DNA from: the human T2T-CHM13v2.0 reference genome, Homo sapiens
Direction: 5' to 3' (one strand)
Length of the DNA stretch: 64,000 nt
NCBI RefSeq assembly: GCF_009914755.1
Contig: NC_060936.1
The notes below the pieces were generated by a model, which had not been told where the DNA came from, made no database searches, and saw only the letters and a list, made by a program, of their open reading frames with translations. Below, in pieces: positions 1 through 19,380 of this stretch; position 1 is the first letter of the stretch, and each line of letters starts with the position of its first letter. A program made the position numbers and the translations under genes.

Positions 1-29
1 GAGGAGTAGAAGTTAAAAGAATGTGAAAA

Positions 30-385
30 TGAACCTTGGCTGACAGAAGCCACCTCACCCAGATATGCCAAGGAGATTACCCTCCCACCGGCACAACCAC
101 CACCTGCCCCGCCACTTCCCAACAGCCAATGGCTGACTCATGAACACGGAAGTCCAGTCTGCTTCAAATCATGATAAGTCTGCTGTACTACTTATGCTCC
201 AGAGTCCCCTATTGATCAGGCCAAGGCTAGACTTCATTAGAGGATATCCTCGTTTGGTAATTTGCACTTTCCTATGTCACTTCCCTTTTTCTGATATAGG
301 TTTGGCCTGAAGAACACTTCCTCAATAAGTCCCTTGTCCTCAGTTTCTGACTTAGGCTCTGCTTCTGGATAACCCAACATAAAAT
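30..385 (+). mobile_element. ERVL solo LTR, LTR16-like (degenerate)
   Basis: Motifs CCTTGGCTGACAGAAGCCACCTCACCC, CCAATGGCTGAC, GATCAGGCCAAGGCTAGACTTC and the 3' end AGGCTCTGCTTCTGGATAACCCAAC resemble the recalled LTR16 consensus; boundaries approximate. Confidence 0.55.
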
Positions 386-1200
386 GAAGAAAATTTGAGT
401 TCCTGGCCATACTTCTGGTTATCACACCTAATGATTTCTGATCTTCACAATGACTCTTCGAGGTAGGGATTACTAATCCCATTTTATGAATTATTACCTT
501 AATAATAATTCAGGTACACTGAGCCAGATTCAGCGAAAAAGGTAGGGTGCAGAAAGATAGTTCAGATAGATACTGAACTGCTTCAGTGGTTCCTATGGAG
601 GAACTGATCAAGGCTGCCTTCAGCAGGAAGGTACTTGGCGACCCAACTCCAGGGCCCTAGGCTCTAACTTCTCACAAACCAGTTCCTTCAGAGGGAAGGC
701 AGAGGTGAGAGGACAGAAGCTGTATCTTTTCTCAATCCATGTTACATGGTCACTCTTCTAAACCTTTGAAAATTAATCTTAGTCATTTCCGATGTCTGGC
801 AGGTGGAATATGTTAAATATGTTTTCAAATTAACATATACCTAAGGAGTCCAGGGTCTAGATCGCAGTGCAGTTTCTCTCGGTTTGGAGTCTTCATTATT
901 TGTCTGTTTCCCTGGAGCTAGGATTCATCCCTGTAGTGAGCCTTCTGACTGCAGCTGATAGCATTCCTCTACCACACCTTCCGATGGGGTGGTTCAGGAC
1001 CAAGAGTAGATTCATAAATACACAAGCCTGGACATCTGAATGAGTTGGGACTTTCTGGATCAATCATCCAGCCTTGAGGTAAGCTTTCAAGTGACTAACA
1101 AACATGGCAAGCATGTGCTGCATAGGAACCTACTGACCAGATGGAAGAAAACTTAATTGAATACAGAGTCCATTTTCAAAGTTTAGAATATGGTGTGTTG

Positions 1201-3033
<1,833 letters not shown>

Positions 3034-4936
3034 ACAATATGATGTGTTGTAGTACATTGGTTGGCTGACATTAATGAAAAGACCTACCTATTAACATTGA
3101 TAACTAAATCTGGACTTCTCTCTATAAAGCTACCCAATTGGGTCCCACTGGCTGAACTTTATATGCTTCAGTGGTGTCTTAACAAAAGACTGCCTCTAAA
3201 TTAGACTAAGTGTCTTAGAACCCTGTGGTCTTAGAGAAATGAAGTGAAATGTAATAGCTGGGAGAAACAGGGCATTATACATCTTGAAAGAACTATCTTT
3301 CAAGATAAACTAGCACCCCACTCTAGCCCAGCTTCATGGCTGACTCTCAGAGCATCATATTTTCCACTGATGGGCTGAAGATTCATAAATGTAGTAAACC
3401 ACTGAAAACAATTGCTTCATAAGACTTCTTTAGAAAATTCCTTATGGTACTACATCTACAATGTAGAGGGCTTGTCTTCAGCTCCCTCAACATCTCAAAT
3501 TTTTTGACACATTCAGTACATGCCTGTTATGTCTTTAATCCCAGAACACATGTATTTTCCCCTTCCAGATGATTTCTTTGCAGATTTCACAATGGAGAAG
3601 AGCTGTCAGAGGTGGAAGTAATCATGCTGTCACAAAGATATTACTTTTTTCTTCCAGTGCTGGAAGGCAGTCAGGAACAAGCCATGCATTAGTTTAAGAG
3701 CCATGAGATGTATAACTCCAGTTTTTTAAAGCTCATAGTAGAAAATGAAGAGGGGGCAATGGCATAGCAGGTGAATGCATTTGGGGTGTGTTACAGACCA
3801 AGCAAGAATCAATCACTTATGTCTGTCAGACCAGATGGATCTGGAAACAGTTTAATCCTCAGGGCCAATGTGATATGTTGTGATATGTGATATGTCACAA
3901 TAATATGTTTTCCCCGCAGGTTTCAAGCCTGTTTAAAAAAATGTTTTTAAACTTGAAAGGAAGACAAGTGACCAATATTATAAGGTTAATGCAGAAAATA
4001 ATGGTCATAGTATTTAATAAACTTCAATTTATCAAATAAACCTGTATGTCAGTCTTTCTGGCTTTAGGCCTGTTTGCATCAGAATTATCCTGGAGGATTC
4101 TTAAAACAACAAAAATAAGCACACAAACATCTATTTAATCATAAGGGAATTTTCACCTAAAATAATCTCCCCCTGTGATGTAGATTCACACTGGAGTTGA
4201 GTATAATAATTTTGCTCTCATCAAAAATAATCGGAAAGAGAGGAGCTTTGGGATATGTCATTTTGATCTAAGAAAACGTATTGGCTTTCTTGCTGCTTCT
4301 TTGGATTCTTTTTTGCATATCATCTGGCAAGTGAGCAGGTGCACAGCTCTGATAAGCAGGAAGGAACCCCCGACCCCACCACCACTGCCTCAGAGCAAAT
4401 ACTCAATAAATGGTCACCTCATTTCCACCCCCCTCCCTACTCCCACCCACCAGGCAAGAAAGCTTAAACCTAGTAAAATCTCTGAGTGCTCAACATGGAA
4501 TGGAAAACCCAGAAGAGCAAGGTTGGAAATTGTAGCTGGGAAGTCTCAAGTTCTCTGGTTCCTCCTGGAAGAGGGCATGAAGGTGGCTTTGTGTAAATAT
4601 GGGCATATTGATTTTTATTTGATGAGCCATAGAAAACTAGATAGTCCAGAAATAAATAAAGGAACTGGGAATGTTGGAATCCACAAATATTGACCATCAG
4701 TTTGGGATTGGCAGCTTCTCTCCTTCCCATCTTTATTACAAGTTATAGCGCCGTTACCTTAGATGCACACATGCTTTACAATAATGTTTTTGAAGCCAAG
4801 CCCTAGAGATTTCTCAAATATGCTTCCTATGTCTTTCTAGAGGCCCAAGCACACACCTCCCTCATTTATTGCCTCCTATTCAACTTGCGCAGCTTTTATG
4901 TGGTTTACATATAAAGCTTCTGTTTAAGATTGTGTT

Positions 4937-5255
<319 letters not shown>

Positions 5256-5889
5256 TCATCCAGGTTTTGAAAAATATTTAGATTTTAGGAGTTGCATTCT
5301 ACTCTAAGTAACAACTCCAAACCTGCACCATATTTATTGGGTGACTTTAGGCCACAGTACCATTTTGTACAGTAAGGTATCTTCTTATGAAACAGAGAAG
5401 ATATGCTTACTTCCTTACAGGATAAATAATGTGATGCTGAATAAGATAAACCTAAAGTTACTAAGAGACAAACACTGTATATTAAGTGTTATAACCACAC
5501 ATCAGAAGACCATTTTAGACTGTGGTTTCAGGGTGCTAGAATATTCGAACCCTGTTTGCTTAGCTGACTAATCTAACTTTTTGGTAAGACTGGTTATATT
5601 TTTTTCTGTATAGAGAAGAGGTGATGAGAGAAAGTATTCTTTAGTTTATTCATTCACAATTTTTTAAAAAGGTCACTCTGGTTACCGCATGGAGAGCAGA
5701 ACTGGTGGGGAATCTGTTCATGCCTGGGGAGGCCATTTAGGCACCTGCTGCCGTCATCAAGGCAAAAGATAAATACCTAAGTTTAAAAGCAAATTTATTT
5801 TTACAAGGTATAGATGTAAACAAGTCTCATATGCATGCCCAATAGATCTACTTTGTCCTACCAAAGGAGAAGGAGGATAATGCAGATAT

Positions 5890-6075
5890 AAACTCTAGAA
5901 CAAGACTGCCTTGGTTCAAATTCCAGCTTTGTCATTGTAGGACCTTGCCTAGACAAATTACTTAATTTTTTAATCTCTGTTGTCTCATCTTTAAAAGGAG
6001 GCTAATAGTAGTATCTGCCTTATAGGATTGTCAAGAATAAAGGAGTAAGTATATATGAAGTGTTTAGAATAGTTC
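5890..6075 (+). mobile_element. MIR SINE
   Basis: AGACTGCCTTGGTTCAAATTCCAGCT...CTCATCTTTAAAAGGAGGCTAATAGTAGTATCTGCCTTATAGGATTGT core. Confidence 0.75.
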
Positions 6076-6148
6076 CTTCCAGTCAATCAATGGTAACTTT
6101 TTTTTTTTCCCCCAAGCATAAAGGATCTAAATGGGGCAATGTGGCTAA

Positions 6149-6167
6149 TGGCCCCTAGAGGGCAGCA
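6149..6167 (+). promoter_or_regulatory. Candidate CTCF binding site
   Basis: TGGCCCCTAGAGGGCAGCA closely matches the CTCF core consensus; motif evidence only. Confidence 0.55.
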
Positions 6168-6436
6168 GAGGAATAAGAACAGAGTGGACGACAGGTTCAG
6201 AGAAAGATGTCCTGTCTGATGGAAAAACGGGGAGAAGGGCACTGTGAATCATACAAAATGGAGACTGAGCTCAGGGCCATTTATAGCCTGCTTTGGGGAC
6301 GTTTTCTAATAGTTCAAATCACTTTGTAGACAAAAATCAAGGACTGGAATAAGTGTAGTAATGAGAAGGATCCAGTCATGCATCTGAGAGCATACGTCCA
6401 ATAAACCTCACTCAAAAGCTAGCAAGAAAATCTTGA

Positions 6437-6770
6437 CTGTTGGCAGGAAGCATAGCTGATACTGAGGGCTGGGGCCTGGGTGCCTTTCCACTTGGCCCTT
6501 TCCATGCGACCTGGGCTTCCTCACAGCATGGTAGCTGGGTTACAGCATGAGTGTCCCAGTGAAATCAGGCAGCAGTGGGATCACGTTTTAATGACTCAGA
6601 AAAGACATGTATCACTTCTGCCATATTTTAATAGTTAAAAGTCTAACAAAAGCCCTCTTAGTTCCAAGGGGATAGGACACAGACTCCAACTCTTGATGAG
6701 GGAGTAGCAAGTTTCTGGAAAACTATATTAACAGGAAATACTGTAGTCATTTCCATAAAATACAATCGGT
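6437..6770 (-). mobile_element. MLT1 (F/G/H-like) MaLR LTR fragment
   Basis: GGGCTTCCTCACAGCATGGTAGCTGGG, TCACTTCTGCCATATT, AGACTCCAACTCTTGATG. Confidence 0.65.
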
Positions 6771-6789
6771 CACAAAGTGCTTTCCTAGA

Positions 6790-7550
6790 AGTTCATACTG
6801 GATTCTTTCTGCCTCATTTTCACATACAAAGCATCAGCAAATCCTGACAGACTGGGCTGCAAAATACATCCCAAACCTGATCTGATCTCACCATCTCCAC
6901 TGCTCCCACCCTCGTCCAACCCAACATGTTTCTCTACCTGGATCACAGCAAAGTCTACTGAGAGGTTCCTCATCTCCAATTTAAAACCCCATAATCTACT
7001 ATTTATAGGGCAGCCAGTGAGAACTTTGAAAAAATGTAAGTCTAAGCCTATCACCACTGCTCATCTTAGAACTATCCAATGGCTTTCAATTATGCTTAGA
7101 ATAAAAGCTAAACTCCTAATGGTGGCCCACAAGAACCTCCATATTTTGGCCCTATTTATCTGTCTCATTTCATCTTCAGGCTTCTTTCCACCACACTCTG
7201 ACCTTCTTCCTCTCACTTTAGCTCCTGGGTATGTTTTCAACTCAGGCACCTCTGATCCCAAATCTCTTCATATTACACTGTTCCATGATTCAAATCTGCT
7301 TGAACCTTCCCAGACCACTCAATATAAATGAGCATCAGTCCCATCACCGTCTATTCCTTAACCCTCCTTTATTTTCCTTAATGTACTTATCACTGTCTGA
7401 ACTTACACTGTGTATGCATTTGAGTCCTTGTTCATAGTCTGCGTCTCCCTCTAGAATATTAACACTTTATGGGCAGGGCTTTGTTTACTGCTTTATTAAC
7501 AGTGCTTAGGTCCACTCAATAGTTAAGTTGAATATTGAATAAAGAATAAA
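6790..7550 (+). mobile_element. L2 LINE 3' portion
   Basis: CTCACCATCTCCACTGCTCCCACCCT, CTAGAATATTAACAC...GGGCAGGG, terminal TTGAATATTGAATAAAGAAT. Confidence 0.75.
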
Positions 7551-9466
7551 AGAAGAAACAAAACAAACAGTATAGCCTTTCAAATCAGTGGTGGTGTAAA
7601 CGAAGATCTATTATCACTGTCATGAAAACATGTTTGTGTTCTTTACTAGATCTGGGCTATCCTTTCTTAGTGTCCTGTGGTTTCATGGACTAGTTTAGGA
7701 ATGGTTGGTTGTTTCTAATGTGTAGCACTTAAGAAACTTTCAGCTTGAGCCTAAGTGTTTCCAGTGCTGAGGTTCAGTCATGTCTGGGCATGTTTGGTGA
7801 GGTGGTGGTGACAGGCCTCAAATAATTCAATTCTAATGAAATATTTGGCTTTAAGTGGATGAGGAGGAAAGGTACTGTGGCTTTGGCGTGGGTGTAGTTG
7901 GGGGTAGGTATAGAGGAGAGGAAGAGAACCCGAGGACAGCGATGTTCAAGTGAACATGTTATCACTCGTCTGGGCTTCTCAACACAATTGAACACACTTC
8001 CTATATTTGGAGAATTCCCCACCTCCTCTGCAGCCAGTACACTGGTCTGTGACACAGACCCAGACAATCACGTGCACCTCAGCAAGTTTTCTAATCACAA
8101 GCATGTATTGCAAAGAAACAAGTGCCACCTAGAGCCCACTCTGGTGAGAATGGCAGCTGGTGAATTCAGTTACTAGAGGGAGGGATGGCTAAGGTCACAC
8201 CACGAGCTAGTACCAGCAGGAGTCTGTGCCTGGTGGAGTCAGCAGTTATTCCCACCTGGTCTGTTCTTTACTGTGACTCTGAGAATTGGTGCTGGCTGGG
8301 AAGCCTCCCAGCCTGCTTTCCGGCCTCCTGGGAAATCTTATATTCTTTAATAAATTCCTTTTCTGCTACTACTAGATTTTAATTGGTGACAACTGAGAAC
8401 TCTGACAGAAAAAGATGGGGTGTTTAATTCCAGTCTACTTCACTGATTAGGCCTGACACCTAGGGAGAAAAGATGTAGAAGCCAAAATGTCAGGAATTAT
8501 TTTAATAAGCAATTTTGTAAGACTTGGAGTTTGAACAGCGGTACTTTGCTCCCCAGGCAACAAAGTTCTGCATCAAGCTGGAAAATGAACACTTGCCCAC
8601 TTTTCCCTGAAATACAGCAGGGTCCTGGCTCCATGGAAGCTCTGGTGAAATCGTCTTCAAACATCTTTTAGAAGGCTGAATACTTTTCCATTGAGATACA
8701 CAGGACCCTTTATAAAACAGATGAAAATGGACTGCTTTGGTCAACGTGACACTTGGAGCCCCTAAAGCCAGGATGGCCTCATAAACCCCTCAGTGGTGAG
8801 GCTCAGTGGCAGTGCCTGGCTGCAGGCTCCCCAAGTCTGTGACACCCAGCAGGAGAGGGACAATCTCCTGAGACGACACCTGAGAGATGCATGCCAGGAA
8901 GGTAGCAGGTGCCATATGAGCAGATTTATCTCTGAGCATATGCCCTGATGGCTCCAAAAAGGCTGGTGGGGAGGCAACTTTGCAAGGACTTTGGGCTTTG
9001 TTTCAGGAATGAAGACAATTAACCACAGGATTTGAATATTCTGTAATTAATGTATTTTCTAACATAATCTAGTGAAGCCTGGGGAATTTTTAGTTGCATA
9101 CCTCTTTACTCAACTATGTCTTAGCAGTGGTACATTATGCATATTCAAGTCATTGAAGTTGCCTAAACTTTAGTAAACTTGCTTATTCATTCTGTTGCTC
9201 ATTAATTTCTCCCAGCCTTGTGGGAGAGCAACTAAAGTTAATCATCACTACCTCTCCACCTGGCTCTCCAAGGGTTGTCAGTGCCTATCCCCCACCCTTC
9301 ATTCATCTCTCAACACCTCCCAGAGAGCTCCGGACATCTCTGGCATAATGTTCTGATCCAATATTTGCCTATTGGACTTCATGTCCTCACATCATTTTAG
9401 CTGCCTTTGTTAACCAAATTCCCGTAGGTATTTTATATATAAAAGGCATGAGCTTCAGGAGATGAG

Positions 9467-10055
<589 letters not shown>

Positions 10056-10389
10056 AGTTAAAGAAGGCTGTAACCTAGACAAAGGCTGGAAATTAGACAA
10101 AGATGTGAGATCAGGCCAGGGTATACTATACTCTAAATGCAGACATTAAAAATGAAGCAGTTTGTACCTCGGCCAGGAAGACTTTTATATGATTCCTTCA
10201 GTAGTTGAAAGTGGTAAGCTGATGAGCCACATTTCAAAAGCAAATGGTCTGGGAGACACTTAAAGAAGTGAGTGTGAGGACAGCACTAGAACTCTTACGG
10301 CTCCCCACTGCCTTATCACCAAGTCCAAACTCTATATCAAGGCATGATCCAGCTCCTGCCTACTGCTTCAACATTCCTTTAAAAATAAA

Positions 10390-10495
10390 ATATCCCAATT
10401 ATCCTGATTTGATCATTATGCATGATATGAATGTATCAAAATAGCAAATGTACCCTTCCAAATATGTACATCTATTATGTATCAATAATAAAATG
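10390..10495 (+). mobile_element. L1M 3'-end fragment
   Basis: CCTGATTTGATCATTATGCAT...ATGTACCC...TATTATGTATCAATAATAAAA. Confidence 0.6.
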
Positions 10496-10842
10496 TTTCT
10501 TACACATAACCAGGCACTAGCCACAAAAAATAATAATAATAATAATAATGCGGTTTCTCGACTGCAGCAGGCTCATTACTCATTCTTGTGTTTCCATAAT
10601 TTGTATTCTTAATTCGTAAAGACCTTTTCTACTATTTCTTCTCCTGGATAACTCCTGCTTTTCAAAATTGGGATGCTCCAACATCCCAATGTCTCTCCTC
10701 CCTAAGGTCTCCGTCTGACTGGATTAGGTGCTGCTGGTCTGCACCTCTAAGCACCCTTCCTGTGATTTCCCCATCATCATGTTGGTGAGACAGCACGGTA
10801 GCTATCAGTAGCTTGATTGTTTCTCCTTTAATTGTAAGATTC

Positions 10843-13613
<2,771 letters not shown>

Positions 13614-13979
13614 TCATTGTTTAACATATGCTATGCTTGACATGTAGTCAGTTCTCAATATATTTTTATTATTTGAATACATGATTTTGGCTCAGGCTAA
13701 AGATTCTGGAGTGATTTCTAACTTTCCAGCCCACTTAATAACCAAATACAATGACCAAAATAATTGATCAACCAAGCTCACTCCTTATTCTCCAAATTAG
13801 GATTTTAATTCAAATCTGAACTACTCTAACAGCCTCCTTAATGGCTTTCACAATGTAACTCTCTACTCCTTCAAATCTATCATGCATATAAATATCATAT
13901 TTCTATTCCCCAAATGCCATTTTTTTCTCAGCCATTTCTCTGTTCACAACCCTTAAAGAAGACTCAAAGTCTTAAAAAC

Positions 13980-14510
13980 TGTAGTGGGATAATAAAATTG
14001 TAACATTCACTTTGGAAAACTATCTTGCATTATTTCATAAAGGTGAATAGCCACATACCCTATGACCTAGCAATCCCACTCCTAGATGTATAACTTAGAG
14101 AAACCCTTACATAGGGCATGAAGAGGGAAACACAAGAAGGCATATAGGAACATTTTTGCAATGTGAAGAATCTCAACAAATTTGAACGTGCTTCAATAGA
14201 GCAGAAAATAAAAAGTGGTATAGTCACAAAAGGATATATCATACAATGGTGAAAATATACTTCAGTGACACAGACATAAATATATCTTAGAAAAGTAATA
14301 CAAAACAAACAAGTTCCAAAAGCCTACAAACAGTATGACATCATTTTAGTAAAGCTCAAGACAAACAAAATTTTATGGTTATATATGCATGTGTGCTAAA
14401 GTTATCAAGTAAAAGATGGAGGGGAATAATAACCCCAACTTCCAGAATAATAGTTGCCTCTTAGAGAGAGGCAGAATTAGAAAAACACATGATACAAGCA
14501 ATGCATAGCT
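13980..14510 (+). mobile_element. Old L1M (MC/ME-like) 3' fragment
   Basis: CACTTTGGAAAAC...CATACCCTATGACCTAGCAATCCCACTCCTAG. Confidence 0.65.
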
Positions 14511-15789
14511 AATATGTCATTTCCCATCATTCATCATTCATTGATCATGGTGCTTTTTTCCAAGGATTGTCTCATGATCCTTCTCAAAGCACTCCACACA
14601 GCCATTGTCCATTGGGTTGGCACAGGAACTAAAAGCTATTGTTTGTAATTCTGGACTAACAGGATTACAGTCCTGTCATAAAGGCCTTCTAAAATCTGAC
14701 CAAAAATTACCCTAACTCTCTCAGCTCCATTTGGAGTAGTCTCCTCACTGCTCCTGAAATTTTCCATACTATTCCCACATGCTCATCTCTCTGAGCTCAT
14801 TAAAGCAGCCTCTACCCATGCACACACACTCACCTACACACACCAACCTGAAATGTCCTTTATTTGTTTCTCTCTCCTGCTTGGATCCAACCATTTTCAT
14901 AAAGCTTCCCTGACTCTCCCTGCCAGAACTGCTACCTCCCTCTTCTGAAGGCCTGATATTGACATGTCCTTTGGCATTCACCGTCTTGCGTGAGTAGATC
15001 TATTTTTAAGTATTTCTGTGTTATAATCTATGTGTTTTTTAAAGCTTCTTGAGGACAGGGCTACACTTCTTTGGAGTCTCTACAAAATTAGCATGGTTTC
15101 TCACACTGTAGATGTCCACTGATTTTTCCTGTACTTAACACTCAGCCTAAAACATAAAAAAACTCTTTAATTATAAGAAAGTCTCATGTAGTTGTCTGCT
15201 ATAAAAAGAACAGACAGGAGTAAGTGAATAAAGTAGAACAGTTCAGAGTATATATGTTCTAATCACATTTTTAATTGAATTATTCATTAGTAAATTAGTG
15301 TTGGTTTTGGGAGAGAGCATGGGGGGTACCAAGTTTATTAAAGCAAGCAAGAGGATTAATGGGTGAAGTCCCAAAAAATTTTTGCATAATTTCCCCATTT
15401 TCTCTCCTACCTATATTTTGAGTGAAAACATCAGGATAAATCATATAAGAGGAATTAATGCTTATTCTTTTGTATTTACAAAGATTTATTATCTTTATAG
15501 TGCTCATTATAGAAAATTAAAAAAAAAACAGAAAAAAATAAAGGGAAAATAAACAGGAGTCCTTGAAAATCTTATTACGCAAACATAACCACCGTTTGGC
15601 ATATATCCTTCCATTCTTTTCTAAATGCATGTATGTATCCACAATACATGCTATTGATATTTTATATAACAGGGTCATGTTTATTTACAGCTTGCTTTTC
15701 TACCCAGGAAATCTATCATAGGGATTTTTCTATGTCGATAAATATTACTATGCAACATCCTCTCTGATATCTAGATTGTACTCTGTTGT

Positions 15790-16230
15790 ATGTGCATTTG
15801 GTTTCCAGTGATAGAACACCAATATGAGTGGACTTTAACAAAAAAGGAGGCAAATCAGATTGTGAAATCCAAAAAAAAGTTTGAATAATTGAGGAAAAGA
15901 TAAGAATGCAGTGGAATTTCAGGAAAAACTAGAACCAGGGACTCAGACAACATTAAGACTGTTCTCCTCATCTATGTTTTTCCTTGGATCCATCTCAAGT
16001 TCTGTCACTATGGTGTGGCTCTCTCCACACAGCAGGAAAAGTTTCTCTGACTGCAATCACTGTAATTTTGGGGATACAATGTTCATAATTTCAGGACACA
16101 GGCTCATTAGTTAATTCCCACACTGTGCCAATTAGCTGTTAAAGTATGGCAACTATTATAGTACATGTGACTGGGCAAACGCAGTTCCTATGAGAACATA
16201 GCTACTGGGCAGATAAAACTGTAGATGTTC
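15790..16230 (-). mobile_element. Old MLT1 (J/K-like) LTR
   Basis: TTTGGTTTCCAGTGATAGAACACCAA...GACTTTAACAAAAAAGG terminus-like motif; highly diverged. Confidence 0.4.
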
Positions 16231-16414
16231 ACCATGATTTGCTTAATTAATATCCTATTAATAGACATAAAGGAGGTTTAAAATTTTTATTACTGAGGAG
16301 GTTTTTTTTCTACTATTAATGCTTAATAAATATTTTAAGGATGCTATGAACTTTTTATACATCTAATTGTTAGCACGTATCTGACAATATTCTTATTACA
16401 TATTCCTAAAAGTT

Positions 16415-18600
16415 GGATTCATTTAATTAATGTATTCATTTAATCAATTTTTTAAGTATCTACTATATACCAGGCTCTAATCTAGGCCCTAGGAATACAG
16501 CCACGAATAAAATAGAGAAACCTCTACCTTTTCAGAGTTTACATGCTAGTATGTGAAAACAGACAATAAACTAAAATACATTGGGGAGGGGCAAGGATTG
16601 CTGCTTTAAATAGATTCTAAGGGAGGGCAGCATTAAAAAGAGGCATCTAACCTGTGCACTGAGGGATGTAAGGGTGAGCCATGTGACTTTCTGAGGATAA
16701 TGCATCCCAAGCAGAGGAAACTGCAAGTTCAAAGCTGTGGGGTGAGGAGATACTTGGCCTGTTCAGGGAAGGGGAGAAGCCAGAGAAGAGCTCAACAAGG
16801 TGAGGGGAGACCAGGCCATGGAGAGCATTTGCGGCCCCTGCAAGGCCTTTGACTGCTACCATGCAGGGTGGAAAAGCCACTGGGAAGTTTGAGAATGGAA
16901 CTGACAAGATCAGATCCAACCTAGCACTACCCAAAATATGATATGTAAGTCTACGCCACTCCATGAGCAGTTTGTTACAGGTTCCAGACAAAACAAGTAG
17001 AGAAACTATGAACAAGCATTTAGAACATAAGAAACTTAGGTTTCTTTTCATCATTTAAATGTAATTTTCTACCTGTTGAACCTGATAATAAAATGTCTTG
17101 TATTTTGCATGTCTTTCAAACTTTAATTTTTCTAGTAATTTGTTTTGTACCATATCTTTAAAAAGCTTCAATCCATGAAGGAATGGAAATTATTAAAATT
17201 GTTCTTTATCACAGATAAGTTTGAGAAGTACTGCTTTAACTTGCATTTTAAAATCATTCTGGCTTGCCCTATTGAGAACAAGCAGGGATGGAAGAAAGAA
17301 GAATAAGAAGAAGTTGTTGTAAGTTTGGGTGGATGGTGAGGGAAGATGTTGTGTAAAAAAAAAAGAAGAAGAAGAAGTTGGCAGATGCTGTGTATATTTT
17401 GAAGGTAGAGCTTTCAGGATTTGTTAAGAAGTTGGACATTGTGTATGAGAACGAGAAGAGAGTCAGAGTAACTCAAGGGTATTTGGCTTGAGTAACGGGG
17501 AAGACCAGGAGAGGAGCAAGTTAGAGGAGTTCTGTTTTGGAGATGTTAAATTTGAGATACGTGTTAGACTGTCAAGTGGATCTTGAATTCAGGGGAGGAT
17601 TCAAATACATGGAGGCTTGGAGATCAGAGCAACACAGACAATCCAGCCACAGAGTCTGAGATGGCCACAGAGGTAAGGAGAAAACCAGGTGAGTGATGCC
17701 TTGCAGGAAAGTTAAAAAAAATCAAGAAGCAAAGATAGATCAATTATGTTCAATGCTGATGATAAACAGAATGAGTATGGAGAGATGACTGCTGGATTTA
17801 GAGAAACTGGCAGTTCTTGGTGAACTTGGGAAGAGCAACTTCTGTGGCATTGGATGGGAGGAAAACCCCATTAGAATAGGTTCAAGAAGGAATGGAAAGA
17901 AAAGAATTGGGACAATGAGCATAAACAATTCCACTAGGTTTTGCTTTCAAGGTGAACAAAGAATTGGGGCCAGTGGTAAAGGGAGAAAGGTGGTTAAGAA
18001 TTGTTTTAAGACGGTAAAAATGAAATGCTTGCATGCTAGTGAGAATAATCCATTATTAAGGAAAAATTGATAATGAAGGAGGATGAAACAATTGCTGGAG
18101 CATATCCTCGAGCAGGCAAGAGGGGAAAGGGTTCAGAGCACAAGGTGGGTATATAGGCACAGAGGTAGATGAGTGGGGGGATAGGTGTGGGAGCAAGCAG
18201 AAGTTCACTTCTGATTCTTCAGCTTCCGCAGTGAAGTAGCAAGCAAGTTTGTGGTTGAGCGTGGTGTTTGAGGACAAGGTGTTGGAGACAGGTGAAGGTG
18301 TACACTGGTCATCTAAGACAGTAGGAGAATTAATGGATTAGACAAGCGTAGTATGACTGCCAGACAGTACTAAGATCCTTTTGAGATTCGTGATCATGGA
18401 CTTCAAGTGAGCCCAGCCAGCCGAGTTGTTTTTCTCCAGCAATGTTCAGCTGTGCTGGTGAAGAAGTGAAGTACAAGAGAGTAGGATTTTACCAGGGCTT
18501 TGGTTTTCTCAGGCGACAATGGTGACAGGAGAGAGAGACAAGAGAGCTGACTGTGGATACTAGAAAGAGATTCTAGTAATGGCTCATGAACTGCTATCTC
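16415..18600 (-). mobile_element. L2 LINE, long antisense remnant with a probable hAT-MITE insertion at about 16925-17235
   Basis: ATTCATTTAAT tail; CTACTATATACCAGG; GGAAAAGCCACTGGGAAGTTT; TATATTTTGAAGGTAGAGC; GAGTTCTGTTTTGGAGATGTTAAATTTGAG; TTTCTCCAGCAATGTTCAGCTG. Confidence 0.75.
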
Positions 18601-18619
18601 AAAGACCACGCATTTTTTT

Positions 18620-19380
18620 TTATCTGTTTTGCAACTTATAAATATTTTGAAGTTATTGATGTATAATTTACACCAAACAAAATGCACCAATCTAGGCTTT
18701 CAGTTCGATGAATTTTGACACCGGTATACACCTATGTAAGCACCACCTCAGACAAGATGCAGAACATCTCCATCATTACTAGACATCCCCTCAGGTCTCT
18801 TTCTAGTCAAGCCCTGACTTCTGTCCCAGGGGCACCACTGTCTGACTCTATAGCCAGAGAATAGCTTTGCATGTTCTTAGATTTCAAATAAAAAGAATCA
18901 CACAGAATGTATTTTCTTTGTGTCTAGCATCTGTAGCTCAACCCTATTTTTGAGATTCATCCATGTTATTGAGTGCACTAATAGTTCATTCCCCTTATTG
19001 CTGAGTAGTATTCCATTGTACGGCCATACAGCAATTTTTTGCCCATTTTTCCTGTTGATTTATATCAACATTCAGGTTGTTTCCAGGCTTTGGCAAATCT
19101 GAATAAGGTTATTGTGAACATTCTTGTATAAATCCTTTTGCGGACATGCACTTTCACTTTTCTTGGATAAATACCTAGAAGTAGAATTGATTGGTTGCTG
19201 ATGGGGTAAATGTAAGTTTAACTTCCCAGAAATCTTTTCAACAGTTCTCCAAAGTAGTGTTACTATTTTATAGTTCCACCAGCATAACATGAGAGTTCTG
19301 GCTATTCAATGTCCCCCTAATATTTGGTTTTGTCAGTGTTATATTTTAACCATTCTCATGAGTGTGAAATAGCGTCTATT
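18620..19380 (-). mobile_element. L1MB/ME-like 3' fragment
   Basis: TTTTGAGATTCATCCATGTT...TTGCTGAGTAGTATTCCATTGTA...TTCCACCAGCA. Confidence 0.8.

Noticed and set aside
3560-3925. Possible plus-strand exons (acceptors near 3583 and 3919, donor near 3771) and short TGTGATA repeats at 3869-3898
   Set aside because: Splice-like motifs at chance frequency, with no coding or conservation support visible
8150-8410. Possible old ERVL LTR end (AATAAATTCCTTTTCTGC)
   Set aside because: Too diverged to set boundaries or family
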